Positions 1 through 11,225 of a DNA stretch of 64,000 bases are shown here, in pieces. The stretch spans positions 1,620-65,619 of the forward strand of contig CAIMFT010000063.1 of NCBI GenBank assembly GCA_903840385.1. Reading direction: 5' to 3'. The DNA is from an uncultured Holophagaceae bacterium (GTDB lineage: Bacteria > Acidobacteriota > Holophagae > Holophagales > Holophagaceae). The position numbers and the translations under genes were made by a program. Below the pieces are notes generated by a model. The model was not told the DNA's origin and made no database searches. It worked only from the letters and a program-made list of their open reading frames with translations. Numbering within the stretch: position 1 is the first letter of the stretch; every line of letters starts with the position of its first letter.

Positions 1-277
1 GGCTGTAGCGCAGGCCTGGGGGCAGCCCCGAGGCCAGGAGCCCCGCCGCCGCAAGCATGGCGTCCCGGTCCCGGCGCACCGTGGCCTGAGGCGGCGGCGG
101 GGGTTCCGGGATGTCGAGGGGTCTGGAGAGGGTCTCCTCCAGTGGGGGCAGCAGGGGATTGACCACCTCGAACACGTGGCTGCACTTCGGACACCGGAAG
201 CGCTTGCTCGGCGCGGCGCCGAACCGGGAGTCGTCGTACTGGAAGCGAGCCTGGCAGGCAGGGCACATCACGATCAT
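1..277 (-). CDS. Zinc-ribbon (MJ0042-like finger) domain protein; 3' part runs off the window
   Basis: Manual translation from ATG at 277: MIVMCPACQARFQYDDSRFGAAPSKRFRCPKCSHVFEV, i.e. CxxC...CxxC followed by a Pro-rich linker. Not in the supplied ORF track because it is truncated. Confidence 0.8.
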   Translation of the reverse strand, partial: MIVMCPACQARFQYDDSRFGAAPSKRFRCPKCSHVFEVVNPLLPPLEETLSRPLDIPEPPPPPQATVRRDRDAMLAAAGLLASGLPPGLRYS

Positions 278-310
278 CGAGCCCCCCGGGTTGGAGAAAA
301 CAGTCTACCC

Positions 311-994
311 CTACTTCTTGCGCGTGGCGAAGAAGCTGAACTCATTCCGCAGCGCAATGCCCTCGGGCAGCTTGAACCCTGTCACGGCGGCCGGGAGCGG
401 CTGGTTGATGCGCAGGGCACCCAACTCCAGCAGCCAGCTGTCCCCACTGCGCTCCACCCACAGGATCTGCCGGGGCAGCCAGGTCTCCCGGTCCACCCAC
501 AGGGCGACGGTCTGCATCCGCTTGCGGAGGGAGAGGGTGCGCGGGCTCAGGGTGAGGTGCCAGGTGCTGGGGACCTCCCGGGACTCGCCCAGGGCGATCT
601 GGAAGTACTCATCGAGGTAGCTGAGCTTCTGGCCCAGCCCGAGGAACTTGCGGTCGGCGTTGAGGATCATGCCGATCTTCAGCAGCTCGCCGGCCTTGGC
701 CTCCGGGCTGTAGGACACCAGGGCCTTGGGGGTGAGGTGGAGGATGAGGTCCTCCGGGGGCTGGAAGGCGAAGTGGGCAAAGTCGGAGCCCTGCAGGTAG
801 AGGGTTCCCTTGGTCACCGAGGGGGTCTTGAGCAGGGTGCGCCGCAGGGTCAGGGTGAAGGGGCACTGGAGGGTCCGCACCTGCCCCTGGGCCTTGTCGA
901 AGCGCTCGGCCACCTCTCGCAGGGGCGGCGGGGCCTGGGCCCGGAGGGCGGGGCCGCCAAGGAGGAGCAGGAGCAGGGCGAGGGTGCGGATCAC
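311..994 (-). CDS. Outer-membrane lipoprotein carrier LolA-family protein
   Basis: Signal peptide, then LolA-like pattern (F.LT....L......KGTLYLQ...F......PE; LWVD.ETWLP..I...E.SGD). Confidence 0.75.
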   Translation of the reverse strand: MIRTLALLLLLLGGPALRAQAPPPLREVAERFDKAQGQVRTLQCPFTLTLRRTLLKTPSVTKGTLYLQGSDFAHFAFQPPEDLILHLTPKALVSYSPEAKAGELLKIGMILNADRKFLGLGQKLSYLDEYFQIALGESREVPSTWHLTLSPRTLSLRKRMQTVALWVDRETWLPRQILWVERSGDSWLLELGALRINQPLPAAVTGFKLPEGIALRNEFSFFATRKK

Positions 995-1779
995 AGGGCG
1001 TTGCCTCCCGGTGCGGCCAGGGCCAGGGGCTGGCGCTGATGGGCGACACTCAGCGCGGTGCCCGAGCCCTTTAGGACCTCCTCGGCGGCGAAGCGGGCCA
1101 GGTCCGGGTGGTTGTTGGACTCACTGAGGTGAGCCAGGACCACCTGCCGCAGGCGGGGCGAAAGGACCCGGGCCAACAGACCGGCCATGGCCTCGTTGCT
1201 GAGGTGCCCCACCCGGCTGAGGATGCGGGCCTTCAGTTGGGGCGGGTAGCTGCCCTCCCGGAGCATCTCCACATCGTGGTTGGCCTCCAGCACCAGCAGA
1301 TCCAAGTCCTGCACATGGTCTGCCACCAGGGCCGTGGGGTGGCCCAGGTCCGTGACCACCGCACCGGCCCAGCCGGCGACCTCCACCCGGTAGGCCACGG
1401 GGTCGGCGGCGTCATGGGGCAGGGCGAAGGGCAGCACCCGCCAGCCCTCCCAGTTCGTGGCCTGGCCCGCCTTCAGCTCCACCCAGCGTGAGGCTTCGAT
1501 CTTCTCGGTTTGGCGCGCCTCCACCGCCCGCCGAGTCTCGGCGGTGGCCAGGATCACCCAGGTGGTGCGGCGGAGGATCACGTCCACAGCCGAGACGTGG
1601 TCCGAGTGCTCGTGGGTCAGGGCCAGGGCCCGGACGCTGCCGAAGTCGCCGCCGAACTGCTCCAGCCGAGCCAGGATCTGCTTCAGGGAGATGCCGGCGT
1701 CGACGAGGAGGGTGCGGTCACCGTCCGACAGGGCGTGGCAGTTTCCTTTGGATCCCGATGCAAGAGCGGCATAGTGCAT
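991..1779 (-). CDS. MBL-fold metallo-hydrolase (YycJ/WalJ-like)
   Basis: LASGSKGN start, THEHSDH metal motif, PHDA, TDLG, LEANHD, GHLSN, LAHLSE.N. Confidence 0.9.
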   Translation of the reverse strand: MHYAALASGSKGNCHALSDGDRTLLVDAGISLKQILARLEQFGGDFGSVRALALTHEHSDHVSAVDVILRRTTWVILATAETRRAVEARQTEKIEASRWVELKAGQATNWEGWRVLPFALPHDAADPVAYRVEVAGWAGAVVTDLGHPTALVADHVQDLDLLVLEANHDVEMLREGSYPPQLKARILSRVGHLSNEAMAGLLARVLSPRLRQVVLAHLSESNNHPDLARFAAEEVLKGSGTALSVAHQRQPLALAAPGGNAL

Positions 1780-1807
1780 GGCCCAGGATACCGCCTACAC
1801 TGGTTCC

Positions 1808-2308
1808 ATGAGCCCGACCCTTCGCACCTCCACCCACGCCGACCTTGAAACCCACGTGGCCCATCGCATGGCCATGTTCAGCGACATGGAAATGGGAACG
1901 GAGGAGGGCATCAAACGCATGGCTGACGCCTTCCGGCCCATGCTCCGTGCGTGGCTGGTGACGGGCCAGTGCCGCGGGCTGATCCTCGAGGAAGACGGCC
2001 GCCCCGTGGCCAGTGCCCTCATGCTCCTCAAGGACACCCTGCCCACACCGGTCACGCCCATGAGCGTGCGGGGCTACCTGTTCAACCTGTACACACTGCC
2101 CACCCACCGCCGGAAGGGCCTGGCGGCGCGCCTCACGGACGCCGCTCTGGACATGGCCCGGGACCTGGGCATCGAGATCATGGAGCTGCACGCGAGCCTG
2201 GAGGCCGAGGGCCTCTACCAGCGCATGGGCTTCGTTCCCACCAGCGAGATGCGCCTGGTGATGAGTGCCGGCATCAGGACCCCGAAGCAGTGGAAGCACC
2301 GCCGCTAG
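1808..2308 (+). CDS. GNAT-family N-acetyltransferase
   Basis: LYTLPTHRRKGLA acetyl-CoA motif and LHAS...GLYQRMGF. ATG 1808 preferred over 1778, which overlaps the divergent MBL start. Confidence 0.85.
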   Translation: MSPTLRTSTHADLETHVAHRMAMFSDMEMGTEEGIKRMADAFRPMLRAWLVTGQCRGLILEEDGRPVASALMLLKDTLPTPVTPMSVRGYLFNLYTLPTHRRKGLAARLTDAALDMARDLGIEIMELHASLEAEGLYQRMGFVPTSEMRLVMSAGIRTPKQWKHRR

Positions 2309-3161
2309 GACCTGCGTCCGAGCTGGCTCCCCAGCCCTGCCAGCGCCACAGCAACACGATGGCCGCGCCGCACACCAGGGCGCAGGGCAGGCTGGCCTCC
2401 AGGCCGAAGGTGCCCCCGGAGAGCCAGACGGGCCGCGCGTGGAAGAGGGGCGTGAGCCACCCCTGGCTGGTGGTGCCGCTGACGCCGAAGCCCAGCAGGC
2501 TGCCCTGGGTCCAGTTCCACCCCAGGTGTACCCCCACGGGTAAGGCGAGGCTCCCGGTACGCCGCCAGCAGAACCCCAGCAGCAGCGCCGCCAAGGCGAT
2601 GTTCAGGGTGCCCCAGGCCAGGCTCGCACCCGTCATGCCCGGGTTGCTCCAGTGGAGGAGCGCGAAGAGGAACGCGAACAGGATCTGAGCGCCGGTGAAG
2701 CCGAGGCCGTCCACGGCCCGCTGGAAGGGGTAGCCCCGAAAGAGCAGCTCCTCGTAGACAGCCACCGCCAGGAAGAACCAGGCGGCGGCCCCGAGGTCGC
2801 CGAGGCTCACCCCAGGCGTGCGCACCCAGTGCACGGCACCGGTCGCCGCCGCCAAGGTTGCGGCTGTTCCAATGAGGGCTGCTCCCCCAAGGGTGCCCAG
2901 CACCAGCTCCCCCAGGAAGCGGCGGTTGAGGCGCAGACCGAGGCTGGCCCAGGGGCGGTCTTCCAGGTGGAGGCCGAGCCAGGAGGCCGCCAGGACGCCG
3001 AGGACCGAGAGCCACCGGGTGGGCACATAGGGCCGCAGGGAGCGCGGCCAGAGGTGGGACAGCAACGAGACGGCCAGGCCGGCCAGAAACAGCAGGCCCA
3101 GAAAGCCGAGGACTCGCCACCCGTTGCGGAGGCGGCCGTCGGCGTCCAGGAGGGGCTGCAT
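2274..3161 (-). CDS. CPBP/Abi (CAAX protease-like) intramembrane metalloprotease
   Basis: EELLFRGY, FALLH and H.GWN motifs; multiple TM helices. Confidence 0.9.
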   Translation of the reverse strand: MQPLLDADGRLRNGWRVLGFLGLLFLAGLAVSLLSHLWPRSLRPYVPTRWLSVLGVLAASWLGLHLEDRPWASLGLRLNRRFLGELVLGTLGGAALIGTAATLAAATGAVHWVRTPGVSLGDLGAAAWFFLAVAVYEELLFRGYPFQRAVDGLGFTGAQILFAFLFALLHWSNPGMTGASLAWGTLNIALAALLLGFCWRRTGSLALPVGVHLGWNWTQGSLLGFGVSGTTSQGWLTPLFHARPVWLSGGTFGLEASLPCALVCGAAIVLLWRWQGWGASSDAGPSGGASTASGS

Positions 3162-3170
3162 GGCCTCTGC

Positions 3171-4709
<1,539 letters not shown>

Positions 4710-4827
4710 GGGGGACTCCCGTGTGAGTGCAAAGCGAGACTGTGGGGCTGGGATCAGCCCTTAAGTTTAGCCCACCCAGCGCACCATGGGTGAGGCAGAG
4801 GTCACCAATTCCCCCCCAGGGCGGCGC

Positions 4828-6687
4828 CTAGCGGATGGGCCGGGGCTGGGTCATGGCCTCCAGGCTGAAGGCCTCGTCCAGCTCGGCGGGGGTCAGGTAG
4901 CCCTTGCGCAGGATCAGCTCCCGCACAGGGATCCCGGTCTCCAGGGCCTCCTTGGCCACTTCGGTGGCCTTCTTGTAGCCGATGGCGGGCATGACGGCGG
5001 TGACGATGCCGATGCTGTGCTCCACCAGCTCCAGGCAGCGCTCGCGGTTGGCGGTGATGCCGACGATGCACTTCGTATTGAGCACGTTCACTGCGGCCGT
5101 GAGGGTGCGGAGGCTGGTGGCCAGGCTGTAGGCCAGGATGGGCTCCATGACGTTGAGCTGCAGCTGGCCTGCCTCGGCGGCCAGGGTGATGGTCAGATCG
5201 TTGCCGATGACCTGGTAGGCCACCTGGTTCACCACCTCGGGGATCACCGGGTTCACCTTGCCGGGCATGATGCTGCTGCCGGGCTGCATGGGGGGCAGGT
5301 TGATCTCGCCGAAGCCGCAGCGGGGGCCGCTGCTGAGCAGGCGCAGGTCGTTGCAGAGCTTACTGAGCTTCACCGCGGCGCGCTTGACGACGCCGGAGAA
5401 CATGACGAAGGCGCCGGTGTCCGGGGTGGCCTCCACCAGGTTCTCGGCCAGGACGATCTCCAGGCCGGTCACCTGGCGCAGCTCCTCCACCACCACCTGG
5501 GGGTAGCGGGGGTCGGCGCAGATGCCCGTGCCGATGGCCGTGCCACCCATGTTCACTTCCAGGAAGAGGCGGGCGGTCTCGCGCAGGCGCTGGATGTCCT
5601 CGCCGGTGGTGACGGCGTAGGCCTCGAACTCCTGGCCCAGGGTCATGGGCACGGCGTCCTGCAGCTGGGTGCGGCCCATCTTGATGACATCCGAAAACTC
5701 CCGGCCCTTGGCGTGGAGGGCGCCCTTCAGGCGGTCCATGGCGTCCAGCAGGTTCTGCAGCATGAAGATGGCACTCAGGCGCAGGACCGTGGGGTAGACG
5801 TCGTTGGTGCTCTGCCCCAGGTTCACGTGGTCGTTGGGGTGGCAGTGGGCGTACTCACCGCGCTTGTGGCCCAGCAGCTCCAGCGCCCGGTTGGCGATGA
5901 CCTCGTTGGCGTTCATGTTGGTGGAGGTGCCGGCCCCGCCCTGGACCATGTCGGTGGGGAAGTGGCCGTGCCAGTGGCCGTCGATGATCTCCTGGGAGGC
6001 CTGGTCGATGGCCTCGGCGACGATCGGCTCCAGCAGGCCCAGGCGGGCATTGGCCCGCGCCGCCGCCTGCTTGACCATGGCCAGGGCCCGGATCATGGCC
6101 GGGAAGTGGCTGGTGGGCGTACCTGTGATGGGGAAGTTGTGCACGGCCCGGAGGGTCTGGACGCCGAAGAGGGCGTCCTCCGGGACCTCCAGGGTGCCCA
6201 GCAGGTCCGTCTCGCGCCGGGTGCGGAGGCTGGCGAAGGCCTGCTCCCGGCCGGTGCGGGGCGTGGCCGAGTAGAGCAGGCGCTGGTGCAGCACGCTGGC
6301 CACCTTGCTCAGCACGGAGATGGCGGCGTTCCCATCCTGGGCAAGGCTGCCCAGCACGGCCTCGCGGTCCAGCTGCAGCAGGACCGTCGCCGACAGCGTG
6401 GTGCCGGTGGCGGAGTGGTTGCTCACACCCAGAAAGGCCTGCTCGCCCGCCACATCACCCGGGCCCAGGATGACCACCGGCTCGGGCCCATCCCCATTGT
6501 CCCGGGTGACCTCCACGCGGCCCTCGGCCACCACCGTGGCCCCGGTGCGCACCTCGCCCTGGGTGAAGAGGCAGGTCCCCGCCGGGACTTCGCGGCGGGT
6601 GGCGGCCCGGGCGATGAGGCTGAGGTCAGCGTCGGAGAGTCCCGAAAAGATCTCGCAGCGGCGCAGAACGGTGGTGATGGCATCCAT
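4828..6687 (-). CDS. aspA: Aspartate ammonia-lyase with N-terminal cyclic-nucleotide-binding (Crp-type) domain
   Basis: About 150-aa cNMP fold (LF.QGE...V.EGRVEV...GPGD..GE) joined to aspartase (GTSTNMNANEV, GRTQLQDA, GSSIMPGKVNP). Confidence 0.88.
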   Translation of the reverse strand: MDAITTVLRRCEIFSGLSDADLSLIARAATRREVPAGTCLFTQGEVRTGATVVAEGRVEVTRDNGDGPEPVVILGPGDVAGEQAFLGVSNHSATGTTLSATVLLQLDREAVLGSLAQDGNAAISVLSKVASVLHQRLLYSATPRTGREQAFASLRTRRETDLLGTLEVPEDALFGVQTLRAVHNFPITGTPTSHFPAMIRALAMVKQAAARANARLGLLEPIVAEAIDQASQEIIDGHWHGHFPTDMVQGGAGTSTNMNANEVIANRALELLGHKRGEYAHCHPNDHVNLGQSTNDVYPTVLRLSAIFMLQNLLDAMDRLKGALHAKGREFSDVIKMGRTQLQDAVPMTLGQEFEAYAVTTGEDIQRLRETARLFLEVNMGGTAIGTGICADPRYPQVVVEELRQVTGLEIVLAENLVEATPDTGAFVMFSGVVKRAAVKLSKLCNDLRLLSSGPRCGFGEINLPPMQPGSSIMPGKVNPVIPEVVNQVAYQVIGNDLTITLAAEAGQLQLNVMEPILAYSLATSLRTLTAAVNVLNTKCIVGITANRERCLELVEHSIGIVTAVMPAIGYKKATEVAKEALETGIPVRELILRKGYLTPAELDEAFSLEAMTQPRPIR

Positions 6688-6818
6688 GGGCGTGGCCTCC
6701 GGCCCGGGCTGCAGGCCGCCCACATGGTAATGGCTCCCCGCCGCCGTCCGGCGCGGAATCAGGGCCAGCGGCCTCTGGCTTTACGGAGTGTCGGAAAAGG
6801 CGGGGTGAGAGCCGGGGC

Positions 6819-7250
6819 TCAGGGCGCCTTCGGGGGCTCCGCAGAGATGGCGTCCTCCCGCAGCCGCTCGCCGCCGGCCACATGGAAGTGCAGGTGGAAG
6901 ACGCTCTGGTTGGCATCCTTGCCAGCGTTGGAAATGACCCGGAAGCCTTCCTCGAGGATGCCCTGGTCCTTGGCCACCTTCACGCAGGCGCTGAGCAGGG
7001 CGGCGCGGGCCTCGACGGAGAGCTCATCCAGCTCCTTGAGGCTCGCCACGTGCTGCTTGGGAATGACCAGGAGGTGCACCTTGGCCCGGGGCCGGATGTC
7101 CCAGAAGGCCAGGACGTGGTCGTTCTCGTAGACCTTCCGCGAGGGGGCCGTGCCCGCCACGATCTTGCAGAACACGCAGTCGGGGGCCTTGGCTGGGGCT
7201 GCCAGCAGGAGGCCCGGGACCAGGAGGAGGGCGAGGGCCCGGCGCAGCAT
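6819..7250 (-). CDS. HIT-family (Hint-like) nucleotide-binding protein with apparent N-terminal signal peptide
   Basis: DCVFCKI, DIRP.A..HLLVIPK.H, HLHFH triad; preceded by MLRRALALLLVPGLLLAAPAKA. Confidence 0.88.
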   Translation of the reverse strand: MLRRALALLLVPGLLLAAPAKAPDCVFCKIVAGTAPSRKVYENDHVLAFWDIRPRAKVHLLVIPKQHVASLKELDELSVEARAALLSACVKVAKDQGILEEGFRVISNAGKDANQSVFHLHFHVAGGERLREDAISAEPPKAP

Positions 7251-7261
7251 GGGTCGACGCC

Positions 7262-7909
7262 TCAGCGTCCGCTCTTCTTCCAGTCCGCCAGGAAGCCCTC
7301 GATGCCCTTGTCCGTGAGGGGGTGCTTCAGCATCTGGTCGAAGACCTTGGTGGGGATGGTGGCCACGTGCGCACCGGCGAGCGCGGAGTCAGTGACGTGC
7401 CGGGGGCTGCGGATGCTGGCCGCCAGGCACTGGGTGGCGAAGCCGTAGTTCTCGTAGATGGCGCAGATCTCGCGGATCAGCTCCATGCCGTCCAGGTTGA
7501 TGTCGTCCAGGCGGCCCACGAAGGGCGAGACATAGGTGGCGCCGGCCTTGGCGGCCATGAGGGCCTGGGTGGAGCTGAAGCAGAGGGTGACGTTGGTGTG
7601 GATGCCTTCGGCTGTGAGGGCCTTGCAGGCCTTCAGGCCCTCGGCGATGAGGGGCAGCTTCACCACCACGTTCTTGTGAATCTTGGCCAGGCGCCGGCCC
7701 TCCTCGATCATGCCCGGGGCCTCCAGGCCGATGACCTCGGCGCTGATGGGGCCGTCCACGATGGCGCAGATCTCAGCGATGATCTCCTCGAAGGGCTTGC
7801 CCGTCTCCTTGGCGATGAGGCTGGGGTTGGTGGTCACCCCATCCAGGACCCCCAAGGCGTTGATGCGCTTGATCTCGTCGATGTTGGCCGTGTCGATAAA
7901 AAAGCGCAT
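7262..7909 (-). CDS. tal: Transaldolase, small TalC/Fsa family
   Basis: [15 protein letters not shown], Schiff-base Lys in VVVKLP, ASIR. ISAEV (Glu) and SPFVGR (Phe) are transaldolase-type rather than FSA-type residues. Confidence 0.9.
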   Translation of the reverse strand: MRFFIDTANIDEIKRINALGVLDGVTTNPSLIAKETGKPFEEIIAEICAIVDGPISAEVIGLEAPGMIEEGRRLAKIHKNVVVKLPLIAEGLKACKALTAEGIHTNVTLCFSSTQALMAAKAGATYVSPFVGRLDDINLDGMELIREICAIYENYGFATQCLAASIRSPRHVTDSALAGAHVATIPTKVFDQMLKHPLTDKGIEGFLADWKKSGR

Positions 7910-8005
7910 GGAGGCTCCTCTTGGCCCCCAGGATAGCAGGGGGGCCGGGCCCGAATGGGGACGGGGAAGCCCCTGCCGCGATACGCTGTTTCCCGGAGCA
8001 TTCCC

Positions 8006-8683
8006 ATGGCGAATCGCGAGATCAGGGTCCTCGACAAAGGCTTTGTGCGCCTCATTGACCACATGGGGTCCGACCTCAGCGTGGTGAATGCGGCCCGGGT
8101 CTCCTTCGGCAAGACCAAAGAGACCTTCGAGGAATCCGACGCCAAGCTGGTGGACTACCTGGCGGAGCACGAGCACACCTCCCCCTTCCGCCACACGGCC
8201 CTGACCCTCCACGTGAAGGCGCCGATCTTCGTGTTTAGACAATGGATGAAACACAGGATCGCATCGGAATTCAATGAAATTTCAGGACGTTATGTTGAAT
8301 TTCCCGAGGACGAATTCTTTGTGCCCGAGGCCTTCCGCCGGCAGGCGAAGGTGAACAAGCAGGGCAGCGAGGGGGCCATCGATGAGGCCAACCGGGAGCG
8401 GGCCATGGCCACCTACCTGGAGAGCTGCCGCGGTGCCGTGGCGCACTACAAGGAGCTGCTGTCGCTAGGCGTCTGCCGGGAGCAGGCCCGCTGCGTGCTG
8501 CCCCTGGGCCTCTACTCGGAGGTCTACTGGACCGTCAGCCTCCAGGCCGTGGCCCACTTCATCCGCCTCCGCTCCGACGGCCACGCCCAGTGGGAGATCC
8601 AGCAGTACGCCGCTGCCGTGCGGTCCGTGGTGGAGCCCCTCTACCCGGTGGGCCTCAAGGCCCTGCTGGCGACCGCTCGCTAG
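8006..8683 (+). CDS. thyX: Flavin-dependent thymidylate synthase
   Basis: [20 protein letters not shown]...[22 protein letters not shown]. Confidence 0.95.
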   Translation: MANREIRVLDKGFVRLIDHMGSDLSVVNAARVSFGKTKETFEESDAKLVDYLAEHEHTSPFRHTALTLHVKAPIFVFRQWMKHRIASEFNEISGRYVEFPEDEFFVPEAFRRQAKVNKQGSEGAIDEANRERAMATYLESCRGAVAHYKELLSLGVCREQARCVLPLGLYSEVYWTVSLQAVAHFIRLRSDGHAQWEIQQYAAAVRSVVEPLYPVGLKALLATAR

Positions 8684-11109
8684 CGGAACAGCCAGCTGAT
8701 CTTGGCCTGGATCACATCGTCCGAGGGCAGGTGGCGCAGCACGGCCAGGTCCGGGCCTGGCACCAGGGCGGCGTGGTCGTTGGCGAGGGCGCTGCTGTTG
8801 GCCCCATGGGTGTAGACGAAGAAGAAGGTGGAGCCCGGCTGGAACTCCCAGCGGGTGATGAGGTTCAGGTTCCAGGCCCGGTAGCTGAAGGCGGTCTGGG
8901 GGGAGGTCCCCATGGGCTGATCCAAGGGCAGGCTGTCCCCCAGGGTGTGGTCATCCACGTAGTGCTGCAGGTCCCGGGACTGCCAACTGGCAGCGAGCCA
9001 CTGGCTGAAGAACTGCACCGTGAGGCGTGGCGTGAAGGCGTAGGCCACCCGCAGGGTCTGGTTGAGCTGGCTGAGGCGGCGCAGGCCCACGATGGGCGTG
9101 GCCAGGGGGGTCTCCAGCCAGCGGAGCCCGCCCTCCTCGCGGCTCAGGGAGGTGGACACCTGGAGCTCCAGGTTGGCGGCGGGCTTCACACTCTGGAACA
9201 GGGTGCCGTAGGTGGCGGGGCCGCCCTCGGCCCAGGCCCGGCTGGTGCTGAGGCGCAGGTACCAGGGCCGGTTGGCGGGGGTGTCAAAGCCCAGGTTGGC
9301 CGAGGGGATGGCGGGCCGCTGGAGGTACTTCTTCACGGGGTCGGTGTAGGTGCGCAGCTCTCGGTCATCTGCGGCGGGCAGATCCACATTGGCCCCGCCC
9401 CAGAGGGAGAAGAAGTTCACAAAATCCGTGCGGCCCCAGGAGCTGAAGCGGCGGAGGAAGGTGTGGCCCGCCTGGTCCTCGGCGCTGGTGTGGCTGAGGC
9501 CGGCGCTCCAGGCCAGGAGGGGTCCCCAGGAGCGGTCCCAGGCCTTGGTGAGGGCGGCGTAGGTGCGGCGCTCGTCGGCGCGGCCCAGGTAGCCCAGGTC
9601 GTTGGGGTTGTAGGCCCGGCCCGCCTGGATGGCCTGCACCTCCAGGGCCCAGCCGTCCTTCCACTCCTGGCGCAGGCGGAGGCGGCCCCGCCAGCCCTGG
9701 TCCTGGGCGGCCTGGGTGCCGGTTTGGCTGCGGCTGGCGGTGGCCTCAATGACCCTGCTCCGGTCCTCGCTCTTGAAGGCTGAGTCCAGGGCCTGGACCT
9801 GGGCCTCGCGCCCCAGGGGACCCGCCTGGTCCATGGCGGAGGCGAAGAGTCCCACATAGCTGCCGCGCTCGTCGACCACCTGCTGGACCCGGAGGATGCC
9901 GTAGGCCGTGTGGGGCCACAGCTCCCGGCGGATGTCCTGGCCGCTGGCGTCCAGCACCGTGGCCCGGGCCGGCTCCACCGAGGCGGCCAGCAGGCCCACC
10001 TGGGTGCCCGTGGGGTACTTGGCGGTGTACTTGGCCGCCGCCAGGATGTCCGTGGCGTTGGGCCGGTCCTTCAGGGTCTCCCCGGTGCCAAGAGCCGGGT
10101 CCGACAGCCCCTGGCCGATGCGGCGGGTGTAGAGCAGGTCCGGTCCCGCCACCCGGAAGATGTCCATGCCTTCCAGAAAGAAGGGGCGCTTCTCCGGGAA
10201 GAAGGTCTCCACCGTGCCCAGGTTCAGCACCGCCTGGTCCACCTCCACCTGCCCGAAGTCCGGTCGCACCGTGAGGTCGATCTGGGCGGCGGTGCTCAGG
10301 CCCCAGCGGGCATCCAGGCCCCCGCGACCCTCCCAGTGGCGGTCGTCGTAGCTGCGGGCGGTCTCGAACTTCCGGGCCGCCGAGAGGTAGGGCAGGACCT
10401 CCCGCCGGGGCTGGGGGCTGAGCCCCTCCAGGCCCTCCAGGGGCGGGAAGTGGCTGACGTAGCCTGTGCCACCCCGGGGGACCACCATCCAGCGGCTGGA
10501 CTCCCGCACCACGCCCTGGTCCACCCGGCTGAAGTTGATGCCCCAGGTCTGGGGCTGGTCGCCCGGCTTGAACCGGAGCAGGGAGAGGGGAATCTTCAGC
10601 TCGGCGGTCCAGCCACCCTCGTCGGAGCTGACGGCACTCTCCCAGACGCCGTCCCAGTTCACGTCGTAGGCGCCGTCGTTGTAGATCACCTGGTCCTTCT
10701 GGACCCCGGCGGCGTTGACCTCGAAGACCAGGGCGGTGCGGTGGTCATGGTTGGAGTCGATGGCCACGCCGAACCAGTCCCCCAGGCTGTCCTGGTCCCG
10801 CCGGTGGAGGCGCTTCACCACATCCGCAGGCCCCTTGTCCAGGGCGGGGTCGTGGTGCATCCGGGCCCCCACATAGAGGAAGCGCTCATCGAAGAGCACC
10901 CGCACCTCGGTACGCTGGTGGGCTGGTCGGCTGCGGATGGGCCACTCCTGGGTGAACCCCGTGGCCATGGGAGCCCTGGCCCAGTCCCGCTCGTCCAGGC
11001 GACCGTCCACCTGGATGCCCCCAGCCACCCGCACCGCCCGGAGCCCCTCCACAGGGGCCCCCAGGGCCGGCAGGCCGGCGCACAGGGTGATGGCGGCAGC
11101 CAGACGCAT
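8680..11109 (-). CDS. DUF5916 / CBM9-like domain outer-membrane protein
   Basis: Signal peptide, VDGRLDE.DW (CBM9-like), TVRPDFGQVEVD...LNL...ETFFPEKRPFFLEG, C-terminal KISWLF typical of beta-barrels. Confidence 0.8.
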   Translation of the reverse strand: MRLAAAITLCAGLPALGAPVEGLRAVRVAGGIQVDGRLDERDWARAPMATGFTQEWPIRSRPAHQRTEVRVLFDERFLYVGARMHHDPALDKGPADVVKRLHRRDQDSLGDWFGVAIDSNHDHRTALVFEVNAAGVQKDQVIYNDGAYDVNWDGVWESAVSSDEGGWTAELKIPLSLLRFKPGDQPQTWGINFSRVDQGVVRESSRWMVVPRGGTGYVSHFPPLEGLEGLSPQPRREVLPYLSAARKFETARSYDDRHWEGRGGLDARWGLSTAAQIDLTVRPDFGQVEVDQAVLNLGTVETFFPEKRPFFLEGMDIFRVAGPDLLYTRRIGQGLSDPALGTGETLKDRPNATDILAAAKYTAKYPTGTQVGLLAASVEPARATVLDASGQDIRRELWPHTAYGILRVQQVVDERGSYVGLFASAMDQAGPLGREAQVQALDSAFKSEDRSRVIEATASRSQTGTQAAQDQGWRGRLRLRQEWKDGWALEVQAIQAGRAYNPNDLGYLGRADERRTYAALTKAWDRSWGPLLAWSAGLSHTSAEDQAGHTFLRRFSSWGRTDFVNFFSLWGGANVDLPAADDRELRTYTDPVKKYLQRPAIPSANLGFDTPANRPWYLRLSTSRAWAEGGPATYGTLFQSVKPAANLELQVSTSLSREEGGLRWLETPLATPIVGLRRLSQLNQTLRVAYAFTPRLTVQFFSQWLAASWQSRDLQHYVDDHTLGDSLPLDQPMGTSPQTAFSYRAWNLNLITRWEFQPGSTFFFVYTHGANSSALANDHAALVPGPDLAVLRHLPSDDVIQAKISWLFR

Positions 11110-11225
11110 GGGTCTCCTGGAGGTCGGGCGCCCGCCTGGCCGCCACAGCCATGGTGGCACAGGCCGTGGGTATCATGTCCTGGGTGGCCCGCTCCAGCGG
11201 GTCGGCCCTGCATCAAGGAGTCCCC

